From positions 13,203 through 77,202 of the forward strand of contig JBDHAC010000001.1 of assembly GCA_039588275.1 (NCBI GenBank): a stretch of 64,000 nt of DNA, read 5' to 3'. A program made the translations under genes and the position numbers. Each line of letters begins with the position of its first letter. Position 1 is the first letter of the stretch. The stretch is from Gemmatimonadota bacterium. GTDB taxonomy: Bacteria > Gemmatimonadota > Gemmatimonadetes > Palauibacterales > Palauibacteraceae. The notes under the pieces are model-generated. The model ran no database searches. It was given only the letters and a program-made list of their open reading frames with translations, and was not told the DNA's origin. Of the stretch, positions 33,485-42,922 are shown one piece after another.

Positions 33485-34165
33485 ATGAGCACCCAGGATG
33501 GGTCCATTCGCCGTTCAGCGAACGACCGGTTCAAGGAGCGATCTTCCTCGGTCGTTGCGGCCGCACTCGTGCTGGCGGTGGTCGCGCACGCGGCCGCATT
33601 CGAGTTCTTTCCCACGCTCAGCGCCGCCGACTTCACCACGACGGCAACCGGCATCTCGGTCATTGACCTGCCGCCCGAGACGGAGATCCCACCGCCTCCG
33701 GAGAGAATCGCGCGGCCCGCGACGCCACGCGTCGGTGCGGTCGAGATGGACGAGGATTTGACCATCGCCCCGACCACGTTCGAGAGCAATCCGGCCGCCA
33801 CCCTTGGGCCGCCCCCGCCGAATGCGGGCGGCGACCCTTCGCAGAGACCGACGTTCATCCCTTACGATGTCGCGCCTCGGCTGATCAACCGGCGAGAGGT
33901 GGTCGACGCGCTAGCGCGGCATTACCCCAGGAACCTGCGCCAGGCGGGGATCGCGGGTCGGGTCGTCCTGTGGATCTTCATCGATCAGCAGGGTGCGGTC
34001 GTGAGGTCGCACGTAGAGGAATCGAGTGGTTCGACGGCGCTGGATGCGGCGGCCCAGCGAGTCGCCGAGGTGATGCGATTCTCGCCGGCCAAGAACCGCG
34101 ATAAGGTGACGGCTGTTTGGATCGCCCAGCCGATCAATTTCGAGGTGATCAACACGATCCGGTGA
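33485..34165 (+). CDS. TonB-family energy transducer
   Basis: ORF of 226 aa with AGGAGG upstream. It has an N-terminal TM helix (VVAAALVLAVVAHAAAF), a Pro-rich spacer (PPETEIPPPPERIARPATP) and a C-terminal TonB domain (..AGIAGRVVLWIFIDQQGAV..SSGSTALDAAA...MRFSPA). Confidence 0.8.
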   Translation: MSTQDGSIRRSANDRFKERSSSVVAAALVLAVVAHAAAFEFFPTLSAADFTTTATGISVIDLPPETEIPPPPERIARPATPRVGAVEMDEDLTIAPTTFESNPAATLGPPPPNAGGDPSQRPTFIPYDVAPRLINRREVVDALARHYPRNLRQAGIAGRVVLWIFIDQQGAVVRSHVEESSGSTALDAAAQRVAEVMRFSPAKNRDKVTAVWIAQPINFEVINTIR

Positions 34166-34210
34166 GGAAACCGCGGGCCATCACCGCCTGAACAGTCTAG
34201 AATACCACCA

Positions 34211-34238
34211 GGCCCGGCCACGCACGCGTGGCCGGGCC
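34211..34238. terminator. Bidirectional intrinsic-terminator-like hairpin between convergent genes
   Basis: The hairpin is GGCCCGGCCAC-gcacgc-GTGGCCGGGCC, a perfect 11-bp stem, followed by ATTTAT. It lies 46 nt after the TonB stop and 2 nt after the stop of the SGNH gene on the other strand. Confidence 0.6.
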
Positions 34239-34240
34239 AT

Positions 34241-35082
34241 TTATCGTGGGCTCATCCGTGGCCGCGGGCTCCTCGCCGGCAGTGCGAAGCGTGAGTTCGC
34301 CTCGACCGCCGCCTCCTGCAGCGTATTCGCGACCTCCGGTGAGAGCGCCACCGGACCCGACGGGGTCGGAACCTCCGGGGGCAGATCGCGGGGGTCCCGG
34401 TTCGCCAGTTGCTCGTACATTACGAGGGCCGCCAGGTAGCTGCCGAGCAAGCTCGGGTGGAAGTCGTCCGATCCGTACAGGGCCAGGTCCGCGTCCCGCG
34501 CCCACGCCGAGCGCCACGCCTCACCGGCCGGGAACAGCAGTCCGCCGACGGATTGCGCAGCGGTTCTGTAGGAGTCCGACACGCTGTCGAAGTCGAAGAA
34601 GCGCGATCGGCTCGGCCATACCATGTAGAGCGCGGTTCGCGCGCCCGCGCGCCCGATCTCTTCCGCGAACCGGTCGCTGTACTCGAGCAGCGATGGCCGT
34701 CCCTCGGTGGCCGAGGGACCCTGCTGCAAGACGACCACATCCCACCCTCCGAGGGCGATCCGGGCTCTGGCGGTTCCTTCGACCCAATGGTCCTGCAGCC
34801 CGTAGTTCGGGAAGGCAACGACCTCCAGGTGCAGCGGGCCGACGTCCGCCATCTCGAGCGATCGCTGCAGGATCGCCGGCATGTCGTTCCAGTACGTGAG
34901 GCTGTTGCCCACGAACAGCACGCCGAACTCGCCGGGCTGGGGACCCGGCGGAGGGTCTTGGGGAGGGCCCGAAGGCGTCGAGGCGCAGCCCGGGATCGCC
35001 AGCAGCGGAAGCAGAAACGCCGCGCGAGAGCCGAATCGTGCGCGTCGTTTGAAGCGTGCGCGTCGTTTCTGTGAATCAGACA
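34241..35082 (-). CDS. SGNH/GDSL-like hydrolase lipoprotein
   Basis: Only the 3' 280 codons of ORF 34241..36265 are coding. GTG 35082 has GGAGG 5 nt upstream. The lipobox is FLLPLLAIPGC|A. Block I is VLFVGNSLTYWN and the late block is GSDDFHPS (D-x-x-H). Confidence 0.7.
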
Positions 35083-35148
35083 CCGGTGCCTCCGGGTCAC
35101 GGCGTCCAAGAGTGACGAAGAAGATAGCCACCCGGGCGCCCGGCTCGC

Positions 35149-36486
35149 TCACTCGACGACGGGACGCTCCGGATCGATCCTCGTCCAGCAGACGGCAGAC
35201 ACCAGCAGGAGCGCGCTGGCGAGAATGAAGGGAGCCGCCCACGATCCGGTCCGGGCGACCAGGATGCCGAATACGAGCGGTGAAAGAGCGCCCGCCAGAT
35301 TGCCGCAGGAGTTCATCAAAGCGGACACCGTGCCGGGGAAGCGGGAGCCGACGTCGATCGTGACGGCCCACGATACACCGACGGTCAATTCGAGGGCTCC
35401 GGCGGCCAGGACCAGAAGGATCAGGGCGGTCCACGCGTCGGCAGCCAGGGCGCCACCTGCCATGAAGACGACGGCGGCCGCGAACCCGGTGATCGCGACC
35501 GAGCGTCGACCGAACCGAAGGCCGCGTAGCCGCACCAGCCGGTCGGAGAGCCAACCGCCGAGGCTGTTGGTGATGGCCCCCGCCCATAGCGGCAGACTCC
35601 CGTACAGGCCGGACTCCACGATCCCGAATCCCCTCGTCTCCACCAGGTAGGTCGGAAACCAGCTGAAGTAGATCCAGCCGGTGTAGACGGCTCCGCCGTA
35701 CATCAAGCAGATGAGCTGCATGTTTCGGTTGCGGAGCAGCCGCCGCCACGGGACGCGATCGACACCCTCTTTGCCGCCGCCATCCGGTTGCGGGAAGCCA
35801 TCTTGCGATGCCTCGCGGCGGGGCCGCGTGACATGCGCTGCGCTCCTGATCGCGGCCAGCTCCAGCGCGTTGACGCCGGGATGATCCTCGGGCCGATCGC
35901 GGTAGTACCGATACCAGACGGCCGCCCAGACCAAGCCGATCAGACCGAAGGCGACGAAGACGACGCGCCAGCTCGCGGCGTGCGCGATCCATACCACCAG
36001 GGGGAGCGTGATCGCTCCCCCGACGCGGGCGCCGGTGTGGGTGATCCCCTGGGCGAAGCCCCGTTCCGATGGCGGGAACCACTTCGACATGGCTCGAGTC
36101 GCGGCCGGAAAACCGCCGGCTTCGCCGGACCCGAACAGGAAACGGATCACGAGCAGCGACCCCGCGTTCCAGGCGGCGGCGGTGGCCATGGTGAACATCG
36201 ACCAGAAGCACACGATCGCGGTCAGCACGCGCCTCGGTCCGAATCGGTCGGCGAGCCATCCCCACGGGAGCTGGAAGAGGGCGTAGGCGAGCGAGAACGC
36301 CGTGAACGCGGCACCCAGGCCGATCTCGCCGAGTCCGAGCTCGTCCCGGATGAGTGGGGCCGCGCCCGCGATGGCCACGCGGTCCATGTACGAGTTGGCG
36401 TAATGGAAGATGAGCAGCCCGAGGACCACTCGCCTGGCTCGGGTGGGCTTCACGGGCGCGAGAGGGTGTTCGATGCAGGACCTCAC
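35149..36486 (-). CDS. MFS transporter (anion:cation symporter/ACS-like)
   Basis: ORF of 445 aa with 12 predicted TM helices. It has the MFS signature GWLADRFGPRRV and FGSGEAGGFPA. The start lies 1 nt after the upstream stop. Confidence 0.8.
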   Translation of the reverse strand: MRSCIEHPLAPVKPTRARRVVLGLLIFHYANSYMDRVAIAGAAPLIRDELGLGEIGLGAAFTAFSLAYALFQLPWGWLADRFGPRRVLTAIVCFWSMFTMATAAAWNAGSLLVIRFLFGSGEAGGFPAATRAMSKWFPPSERGFAQGITHTGARVGGAITLPLVVWIAHAASWRVVFVAFGLIGLVWAAVWYRYYRDRPEDHPGVNALELAAIRSAAHVTRPRREASQDGFPQPDGGGKEGVDRVPWRRLLRNRNMQLICLMYGGAVYTGWIYFSWFPTYLVETRGFGIVESGLYGSLPLWAGAITNSLGGWLSDRLVRLRGLRFGRRSVAITGFAAAVVFMAGGALAADAWTALILLVLAAGALELTVGVSWAVTIDVGSRFPGTVSALMNSCGNLAGALSPLVFGILVARTGSWAAPFILASALLLVSAVCWTRIDPERPVVE

Positions 36487-36487
36487 A

Positions 36488-38113
36488 TTAGCTCGTCTGC
36501 CGCCCGTGCAGGTGGAGGATCTTGCTGGAGCGCGTCACGTGTGGCGCGCCGCGCTCGACCCGCACGTTGACCGCGGTTCGGAGGTGCTCCTCCATGAGCC
36601 GGTTGACGGGGGCGCCCGCCCCGAGCCCCGTCAAGAAGACCTCCAGGAGCTCGGGCTCCGATATGGGTCCCACTCGGGGGTGAACACGAATGATCAACCC
36701 TGGGTCGCCGCGCGAGTCCTCATCCTCCACCAGTTGGTAGTCGGTTGGGTCGCCTCCGAATCGACCGGGAAGCACCACCTCGAGCAAGCGGACGACATCG
36801 GTGTCCTGGAACGTCACTCCACCGGCTGTGAGCTTCTCGAAGCTACGCACCCTTTGGAGCCGGGTGCGCCACCCGAGGCCATCCAGTGGGCACGGGCACG
36901 GCGCATCGACGAAGTCCGCTCGATCGCCCATACAGAAGTTGACCATCAGGTAGGGCGCCGCCTCGTGCAATGTCGTCAACAGGAGGGCGTTCTCGGGCAT
37001 GCCGAGCTCGGAACCGCGCACCCCGGCCTGAATGACGGCATGAAGGTCGCGCACTACGTGCATGTGGTCGGCTTCCGCGGTCTCCCCGCACCCGTACGCG
37101 ACGGGTCCCGTCTCGATCGACCCGTACCGGGCGCGTGCGGTGACGCCCGAGCTGCCGATCGTCCGTAGTCGAGCGGCGGTGATCGGCTCGCCGCCCAGCG
37201 TGGCTCGCATTCCCTTCAGGTCGATCCCGGCTTCGAGCGCCGCGGAAGCGAGGCGCACGACAGAGCTCGGCGGGCCGAGGAGGTGCGGCGTCTCCCCTTC
37301 GGCCAGAAGCCGCCGTGCCCAGCGCGCGACCGGCAACGGCTCCTCGGGAGTAGCCACCACGGCCCGGGGCATGCCCCGGGCCCCCAGCCTCGCCCCCCAG
37401 CGCATGGCACGCTCGCTCCATCGAAAGACGGGATCGAGGTTCCGAAGCGAGGGATCCACCTGCGTGAACCAGGCAGCCGGTCCGGATCCGAAGCAGGAGA
37501 ACTTGAGCAGGCGGAATCTGGACCCGGCTCCCGGCGTCTCCCATGTGGCGTTCCTCCAGCCCCATCCCCCATGCGCATCGAGATAGACCGCACACGCGAC
37601 TGCACAAGCGCGCACGTACGCGAGATCGATCAGGAACGGAGCCGACGCGCTGCGACTTCCACCGCTCCGTGCTGCAACGTGGAACGCGGCGAGCGGGTTG
37701 CGAAACGAATCGGTAGCCGGCTCGATGCGGAGCGAGCCCCGAACCACCGGCTTCCGCCCCTTGAACTCCTCCACCGTCAGGTAGATGCCCTCATGGAAGA
37801 GTAGGCGTAGAGCACCTTCGAGCCCGTCGCGCGCTACGAGCGCACGTAGATCCTCGTGCGCGACTCCCGCGTGCTCGAAGAGGCGGGAGAGAACGCTTCC
37901 GGGTCGCTCGAACACGACCCTGCGGAGGAGGGACACGAAACGGCTCTCGCGCTCACGGAGACGGATCGCCTGGATCGAGCGTGCCTCTTGGAGCGTGAAG
38001 CGGTGGCGCACGAAGCCAGGAACCCCTGCGAGAAACCGAGCCCCCGCGACGAGCCCACGAGGGTTCGCGAGGGGAGTCTTCAACCCTCCGCCGCCTGCAG
38101 CTTGATCGACCAT
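36488..38113 (-). CDS. PaaK/CapK/F390-synthetase-like adenylate-forming enzyme, divergent (paralogue 1)
   Basis: ORF of 541 aa. Blocks align by eye with phenylacetate-CoA-ligase-type enzymes: AARSGGSRSASAPF (in place of the SSGTTG P-loop), TLGGEPIT, RYGSIETGPVAYGC, HMHVVRDLHAVIQ, LLLTTLHEAAPYLMVNFCMGD, CPCP, SFEKLTAGGVTF and DYQLVEDE..GLIIRVHP. It is a close paralogue of 52096..53709. Confidence 0.6.
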   Translation of the reverse strand: MVDQAAGGGGLKTPLANPRGLVAGARFLAGVPGFVRHRFTLQEARSIQAIRLRERESRFVSLLRRVVFERPGSVLSRLFEHAGVAHEDLRALVARDGLEGALRLLFHEGIYLTVEEFKGRKPVVRGSLRIEPATDSFRNPLAAFHVAARSGGSRSASAPFLIDLAYVRACAVACAVYLDAHGGWGWRNATWETPGAGSRFRLLKFSCFGSGPAAWFTQVDPSLRNLDPVFRWSERAMRWGARLGARGMPRAVVATPEEPLPVARWARRLLAEGETPHLLGPPSSVVRLASAALEAGIDLKGMRATLGGEPITAARLRTIGSSGVTARARYGSIETGPVAYGCGETAEADHMHVVRDLHAVIQAGVRGSELGMPENALLLTTLHEAAPYLMVNFCMGDRADFVDAPCPCPLDGLGWRTRLQRVRSFEKLTAGGVTFQDTDVVRLLEVVLPGRFGGDPTDYQLVEDEDSRGDPGLIIRVHPRVGPISEPELLEVFLTGLGAGAPVNRLMEEHLRTAVNVRVERGAPHVTRSSKILHLHGRQTS

Positions 38114-38168
38114 GGTGATGGTCTAACGGTGCAGATGCGAGACCGTCAAACTGCGGGTGGCGAGCGGA

Positions 38169-39077
38169 TCAAGGATTGACGGAACGAAGCTCACTCCTGA
38201 CCGCCTGCAGGTCCAGCTGCATGATCCACACGTCGAAGCTCCCCGACCTGGTGCTGGTGAACGCGATCTGTGTCCCATCCGGCGACCAGCGGGGCGTATC
38301 GTCGTAAGCCGGGTGAGAGGTGATCCGAATCGGCGCCCCACCCTCCGCCGACATGATCCACAGGTCGACGTTGTCGTCATGGCGCGAGGCGAACGCGAGC
38401 AGCGATCCGTCCGGTGACAGGTCCATGTACCGGTACGCGTGTGTGCTGTCGGACGCGACCTCGCGCCTCTCCTCGCCGTCGGCCGACACCGCCACGATCG
38501 TCGACTCCGCCGACTCCTGTTCGCGCAGCCACATGTAGATCTCGTCACCGTCGGGCGACCAGCACCCCAGTACCGGCCGCTTTCCCTCCCCGTTGAAGAC
38601 GATCCGTGCCTCACCCGTGCGTATGTCCAGCGTCCAAAGGTGGGACCCCTCTTTGAACGCGACGCGAGTGCCATCCGGGGACCATATGGGGTTACCGCCC
38701 CGGAAGATGGGGATCGATGCCGGAACGATCCGGATCGGCTGTCCCCCGTCGGCGGCCACGAGCTTGACGGCGTTGCCGAACTCCGCATCGAAGACGATGT
38801 AACGTCCGTCGGGCGACCAGTCGGGGTGCTCGCCGATGAAGGTCGTGAGCTGCCGGCCCTCACCCCCCGCGGCGGGGACCAGCCACAACCCGGTCATTCC
38901 AGTGTCGCCCTGCCGGACGTACGTGGAATGCACGACGATGGTCCCATCGGGGGACCACGACGGAAACCCCTGTTGAGCCGGGTTGTCAGTAAGCTGTCTG
39001 ACGGGATGTGGCTCCTGGGCGAGGAGGGAGCCGGCGCCGAGGGACGCGAGGACGATCGCGCACCAGACGGCTCGCAT
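38169..39077 (-). CDS. TolB-like periplasmic beta-propeller protein (PD40/WD40-like repeats)
   Basis: 3' part of ORF 38169..39125. ATG 39077 has GAGGAG upstream. It has a signal peptide and repeated P.WSPDG..IAF/VVF motifs. Confidence 0.8.
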   Translation of the reverse strand: MRAVWCAIVLASLGAGSLLAQEPHPVRQLTDNPAQQGFPSWSPDGTIVVHSTYVRQGDTGMTGLWLVPAAGGEGRQLTTFIGEHPDWSPDGRYIVFDAEFGNAVKLVAADGGQPIRIVPASIPIFRGGNPIWSPDGTRVAFKEGSHLWTLDIRTGEARIVFNGEGKRPVLGCWSPDGDEIYMWLREQESAESTIVAVSADGEERREVASDSTHAYRYMDLSPDGSLLAFASRHDDNVDLWIMSAEGGAPIRITSHPAYDDTPRWSPDGTQIAFTSTRSGSFDVWIMQLDLQAVRSELRSVNP

Positions 39078-39085
39078 GGTGCTCC

Positions 39086-39982
39086 TCAGGTGCCGTACTG
39101 CACCCTTCGCTCGAGGACGGCCCAACGCGCGTCGACCTCCGCCTGGATTCGCGAGATGTCCTCATCCGACAGGTGCCGGAAGCGCCCTTGGCGGCGGATG
39201 TAGGGCTCGACGGGCTCGCCCGGGTGGTCCACCGTGAACCGCCAGCGGCTCCCGTCCTCGACCTCCATGAGCGGGAAGATCCGGGCGCGCACCGCGTGGC
39301 GTGCCAGGTCGATGGTCTCATCGCTCTCGGTCTTCCAGCCCGGGGGACAGGGCGCGAGGATGTGTATGAACCGTGTGCCCCGGATCTCCTTCGCCTTCTT
39401 CATCTTCTCCATCAAGTCCACCGGATGCGCCACCGACGTAGTGGCGGCGTACGGAATCCGGTGCGCGGCCATGATCGAGAGGATGTCCTTCTTCGGCTGC
39501 GACTTCGGGTGCTCGCGCGGCGAGGTCGTGGTCCAGGCGCCCCAGGGCGTGCCCGAGGAGCGCTGGACACCGGTGTTCATGTACGCTTCGTTGTCGTAGC
39601 AGCAGTGAATGATGTCTTCGTTCCGCTCCGCGGCCCCCGAGAGAGCCTGAATCCCGATATCCAGCGTGCCGCCGTCCCCGGCCCAGGCCATGACCGTGGT
39701 GTGGCGGTTGCCCCGCATCTCGAGCGCGGCCTTGACGCCGGAGGCCGTCGCCGCGGCGGTCTCGAACGCCGTGTGGTACAGCGGGACCTTGAGCGAGCTC
39801 TGAGGCCACGGACCGGCGATGATGCTCCAGCAGCACGCCGGGAGGATGACCATGGTGTCATCTCCCAGCGCCTTGAGCGCCAGCTTCATGGCGATGGGGG
39901 CTGCACACCCGGCGCAGGCGAGATGCCCAGAGGCCAGATGCTCTTCCTGCGGGATCGAGTCCTTGATCATGACCTGGCTCAT
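39086..39982 (-). CDS. 2-oxoacid:ferredoxin oxidoreductase, beta (TPP-binding) subunit
   Basis: 3' part of ORF 39086..40429. ATG 39982 overlaps the alpha stop (ATGA). Motifs are GHLACAGCAAP, GDGGTLDIGIQALSGA and CYDNEAYMNTGVQ. Confidence 0.85.
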   Translation of the reverse strand: MSQVMIKDSIPQEEHLASGHLACAGCAAPIAMKLALKALGDDTMVILPACCWSIIAGPWPQSSLKVPLYHTAFETAAATASGVKAALEMRGNRHTTVMAWAGDGGTLDIGIQALSGAAERNEDIIHCCYDNEAYMNTGVQRSSGTPWGAWTTTSPREHPKSQPKKDILSIMAAHRIPYAATTSVAHPVDLMEKMKKAKEIRGTRFIHILAPCPPGWKTESDETIDLARHAVRARIFPLMEVEDGSRWRFTVDHPGEPVEPYIRRQGRFRHLSDEDISRIQAEVDARWAVLERRVQYGT

Positions 39983-41139
39983 GGCGCGACTCCTACCCAC
40001 AGGTCCTGCCGCTCGGGCCGCTCGGCCGCCCTCGTGCCGTCGATAATCTCTTCGATCACCGGGGGCGTGACGTCTCGTCCACCGAGTCCGACCACGTAGC
40101 CAAACAGGGTGGGCCGGTCGTCGGGCGGGACGTCGTACAGCGCCGAGCGAATCTCCTCGGCGAAGATGCCGCCGTGCCCGGGCGAGACGTTGCGGTCGAG
40201 AACGGCCACCCGCGGTACACCCGCCAGCACGGCCCTGAGGCGCTCGGTGGGGAGCGGCCTGAACATCTTCGCCTTCACCAGCCCGACCGTCTCGCCGGCG
40301 GCGCGCCGCGCGTCGATGACTTCGCGCGCGGTGGAGGTGATCGTGCTCGAGGTGACGAGGATCAAGTCGGCTCCCTCGGTCCTGTATTCCTCGAGGGCCG
40401 TGTATCTCCGTCCGGTGAGCTGTTCCCACTCGGCCTCGATGTCGGCCAGCACCCCCTGCGCACGCTCCATCGCCTCCTGCTGCTGGAGCCGCATCTCCAT
40501 GTACGCGTCCGGCTTGACCAACGCCCCGAACGCGTGCGGGTCCTCGCCGTCCAGCTTGTAGCGGGCTTCTCGGCGTGGCAGAAAACCGTCAACGAGCTCC
40601 TGGTCCGGGATGTCGACCGGCGCCGCCGTGTGCGACAGGAAGAACGCATCCAGCACCACCATCACCGGCAGGTCCACCGTCTCGGCGAGCTTGAAGCCCA
40701 TGATGGTCGTGTCGAGCACCTCCTGGTTGGTCTCGCAGTAGAACTGGATCCAGCCCGTGTCTCGTTGCGAGAGGCTGTCGTTCTGATCGGTCCAGATGTT
40801 CCACCCCGGCCCCATGGCCCTATTCACGTCGGCCAACACAACCGGATGCCGGCCGAGGGCGGCCCAGTGCAGGAGCTCGTGCATGAGCGCCAACCCCTGC
40901 GACGACGTCGCCGTGAACGTTCGCGCACCGGCCGCGGAGGCGCCGATGCAGGCGGCCATCGCCGAGTGTTCCGATTCGACGTGGATGTAACGGGCATCGA
41001 GGCTGCCGTCGGCGCACATTTCCGACAGCCGCTCGACGATCTGCGTCTGCGGCGTGATCGGATACGCCGAGATGACCTCGGCTCGAGCCAGCTTCACGCC
41101 CCAGGAAACGGCGTGGTTCCCTTCGATGACCTTCTTCAC
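39979..41139 (-). CDS. 2-oxoacid:ferredoxin oxidoreductase, alpha subunit
   Basis: ORF of 386 aa. It has the pattern MKKVIEGNHAVSWGVKLARAEVISAYPITPQT...ESEHSAMAACIGASAAGARTFTATSSQGL. Confidence 0.85.
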   Translation of the reverse strand: MKKVIEGNHAVSWGVKLARAEVISAYPITPQTQIVERLSEMCADGSLDARYIHVESEHSAMAACIGASAAGARTFTATSSQGLALMHELLHWAALGRHPVVLADVNRAMGPGWNIWTDQNDSLSQRDTGWIQFYCETNQEVLDTTIMGFKLAETVDLPVMVVLDAFFLSHTAAPVDIPDQELVDGFLPRREARYKLDGEDPHAFGALVKPDAYMEMRLQQQEAMERAQGVLADIEAEWEQLTGRRYTALEEYRTEGADLILVTSSTITSTAREVIDARRAAGETVGLVKAKMFRPLPTERLRAVLAGVPRVAVLDRNVSPGHGGIFAEEIRSALYDVPPDDRPTLFGYVVGLGGRDVTPPVIEEIIDGTRAAERPERQDLWVGVAP

Positions 41140-41164
41140 AGGTCCTCCGTCACGACCCGTTCGG

Positions 41165-42922
41165 TCACAGGCCCTCCCGAGTCATCACCATCGCGCCACG
41201 TGGGCACTCGGCCGCGCACACCCCGCACCCTTTGCAATAATCCATGTCGATGACGAAGCCCCACCCGTCCTCGCTTCGCGAGACGGCCATGTCCGGGCAG
41301 AAGATCAAGCAGAGCTCGCACTGGTTGCAGACGCCGCAGTTCATGCAGCGGAGGGCCTCCTCCCCCGCTTCGTCGCGGGTCAGGCCCTGGTTGACCTCGT
41401 CGAAGCCGGCCAGAGTCTGGACGTCACCCAGGTGATGGTCGGGGTGGCGATCGGCGTGCTGGAAGTGGTCGGGATTCATGTCCTCGAACTCGACCACCCG
41501 GTTCACGGGCGAGGTGCGGCGCAGCGGATCGTCGTCGCGCCACCGTGTCATGCTGATGTTGCCCTCGGGCCCGAAGCAGTAACGCTCCGGATCGACCGCC
41601 GGGACCGGATCGCCGGCCGTGCTGCGCAAGAACCGGTCGATCCCGAGGGCTGCCCGCTTCCCGTCGCCCAGCGCGTGCGCCACGGTGCGCTCGGAGTCCG
41701 TCACGTCGCCCCCCGCAAACACGACGGGCGTGTTGGTCGCCCCGAGCTCGTCGACCACGATCTGCCATCGATCCTGGTGCACATCGGGGGGCAGGAAGCC
41801 CAGATCCGTGATCTCGCCGATCGCCGTCAGGATCGTGTCCGCGATGACGGTGAACTGGCCCTCCTCCGTGGGGACCGGTCGACGCCGGCCCGAATCGTCG
41901 GGCTCACCCAGGACCATCCGAATGCACTCGACCCCGCGCAGGCGGCCATTCCCCTCCGCGACCGCGTTCGGCGCCGCCAGAAACTCGAAGTCGATGCCCT
42001 CTCGCTCCGCCTCGAGGATCTCCTCGTCGATCGCGGGCATCTCAGCACGCGTGCGGCGATATAAAACCAGAACCTCGGCCCCCAGCCTGCGCGCCGTCCG
42101 GGCGCAGTCGATCGCCGTGTTCCCGCCCCCTACCACCACCACCCGGCCTCCGACGTCCGGCCGGCCCCCGGCGTTGACCTGCTTCAGGAAATGCAGACCC
42201 GAGCGGACGCCATCCGAGTCCTCGCCTTCCATTCCCGTCGATCGGCCCTGGTGGGCCCCGGAGGCCACGAAGACCGCGTCGTACCGCGCCAGCTCCCCCC
42301 ACGGCACGTCGGGGCCGACCCGCACCCCGCACCGGATCTCGACACCTTCGGCTCGAATCCGCTCGATCTGGGCGTCGAGGATGTCTCGCGGGAGACGGTA
42401 TTCGGGGATTCCGAGCCGGAGCATGCCACCCGCTTCAGAGGCGGCCTCGTACACGGTCGCCCGGTATCCCAGCCGTGCCAGGTGATAGCCGCACGCCAGC
42501 CCGGCCGGCCCCGAGCCGACGATCCCGATGCTCTCCGGTCGCAGCGCCGTGACGGGCGTCGGCATGTCCCGTTCGAGGATTCGATCGCCGAGCATCCGCT
42601 CGACCGCGTGGATCGACACCGGCTCGTCGAAGAAACGCCGATTGCAGTGGGTCTCGCACGGGTGGTCGCACACGCGGCCGGTGACGGCTGGCATGGGATT
42701 CTCGCGCAGCAAGAGATCCATAGCCTCGTCGTCACGACCCTCCCGCAGGAGGTTCATGTACCCCTCGATGTCGATGCCCACCGGGCAGCCGGCGTTGCAC
42801 GGCGCTACGCGGTCTTGATAGACGGGTCGGATGTACTTCCAGGAGCCGGTCCGATTGACGCGGGTGGTCGTGTTGCTGATCGCCACCGGCGGGATGCCGC
42901 CGTGCCTCCCCGCCTCAGCCAT
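41165..42922 (-). CDS. GltD-like NAD(P)H-dependent FAD oxidoreductase fused to a PorD-type 2x[4Fe-4S] ferredoxin (OFOR delta subunit)
   Basis: ORF 41165..42934; I prefer ATG 42922 (GAGGTGG upstream). N-terminal Fe-S motifs are CNAGCPVGIDI and CDHPCETHC. Two Rossmann motifs are IVGSGPAGLACG and VVVGGGNTAIDCA. The C-terminus has CMNCGVCNQCELCLIFCP and CKGCGVCAAECP. Confidence 0.8.
   Translation of the reverse strand: MAEAGRHGGIPPVAISNTTTRVNRTGSWKYIRPVYQDRVAPCNAGCPVGIDIEGYMNLLREGRDDEAMDLLLRENPMPAVTGRVCDHPCETHCNRRFFDEPVSIHAVERMLGDRILERDMPTPVTALRPESIGIVGSGPAGLACGYHLARLGYRATVYEAASEAGGMLRLGIPEYRLPRDILDAQIERIRAEGVEIRCGVRVGPDVPWGELARYDAVFVASGAHQGRSTGMEGEDSDGVRSGLHFLKQVNAGGRPDVGGRVVVVGGGNTAIDCARTARRLGAEVLVLYRRTRAEMPAIDEEILEAEREGIDFEFLAAPNAVAEGNGRLRGVECIRMVLGEPDDSGRRRPVPTEEGQFTVIADTILTAIGEITDLGFLPPDVHQDRWQIVVDELGATNTPVVFAGGDVTDSERTVAHALGDGKRAALGIDRFLRSTAGDPVPAVDPERYCFGPEGNISMTRWRDDDPLRRTSPVNRVVEFEDMNPDHFQHADRHPDHHLGDVQTLAGFDEVNQGLTRDEAGEEALRCMNCGVCNQCELCLIFCPDMAVSRSEDGWGFVIDMDYCKGCGVCAAECPRGAMVMTREGL

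Noticed and set aside
34241-36265. A single 674-aa minus-strand ORF spanning the SGNH and MFS loci.
   Set aside because: It is a composite. Only the 3' 280 codons (from GTG 35082, with an RBS and lipobox) look like protein. The 5' part is an alternative frame of the MFS transporter gene (35149..36486), which has the genuine 12-TM translation.
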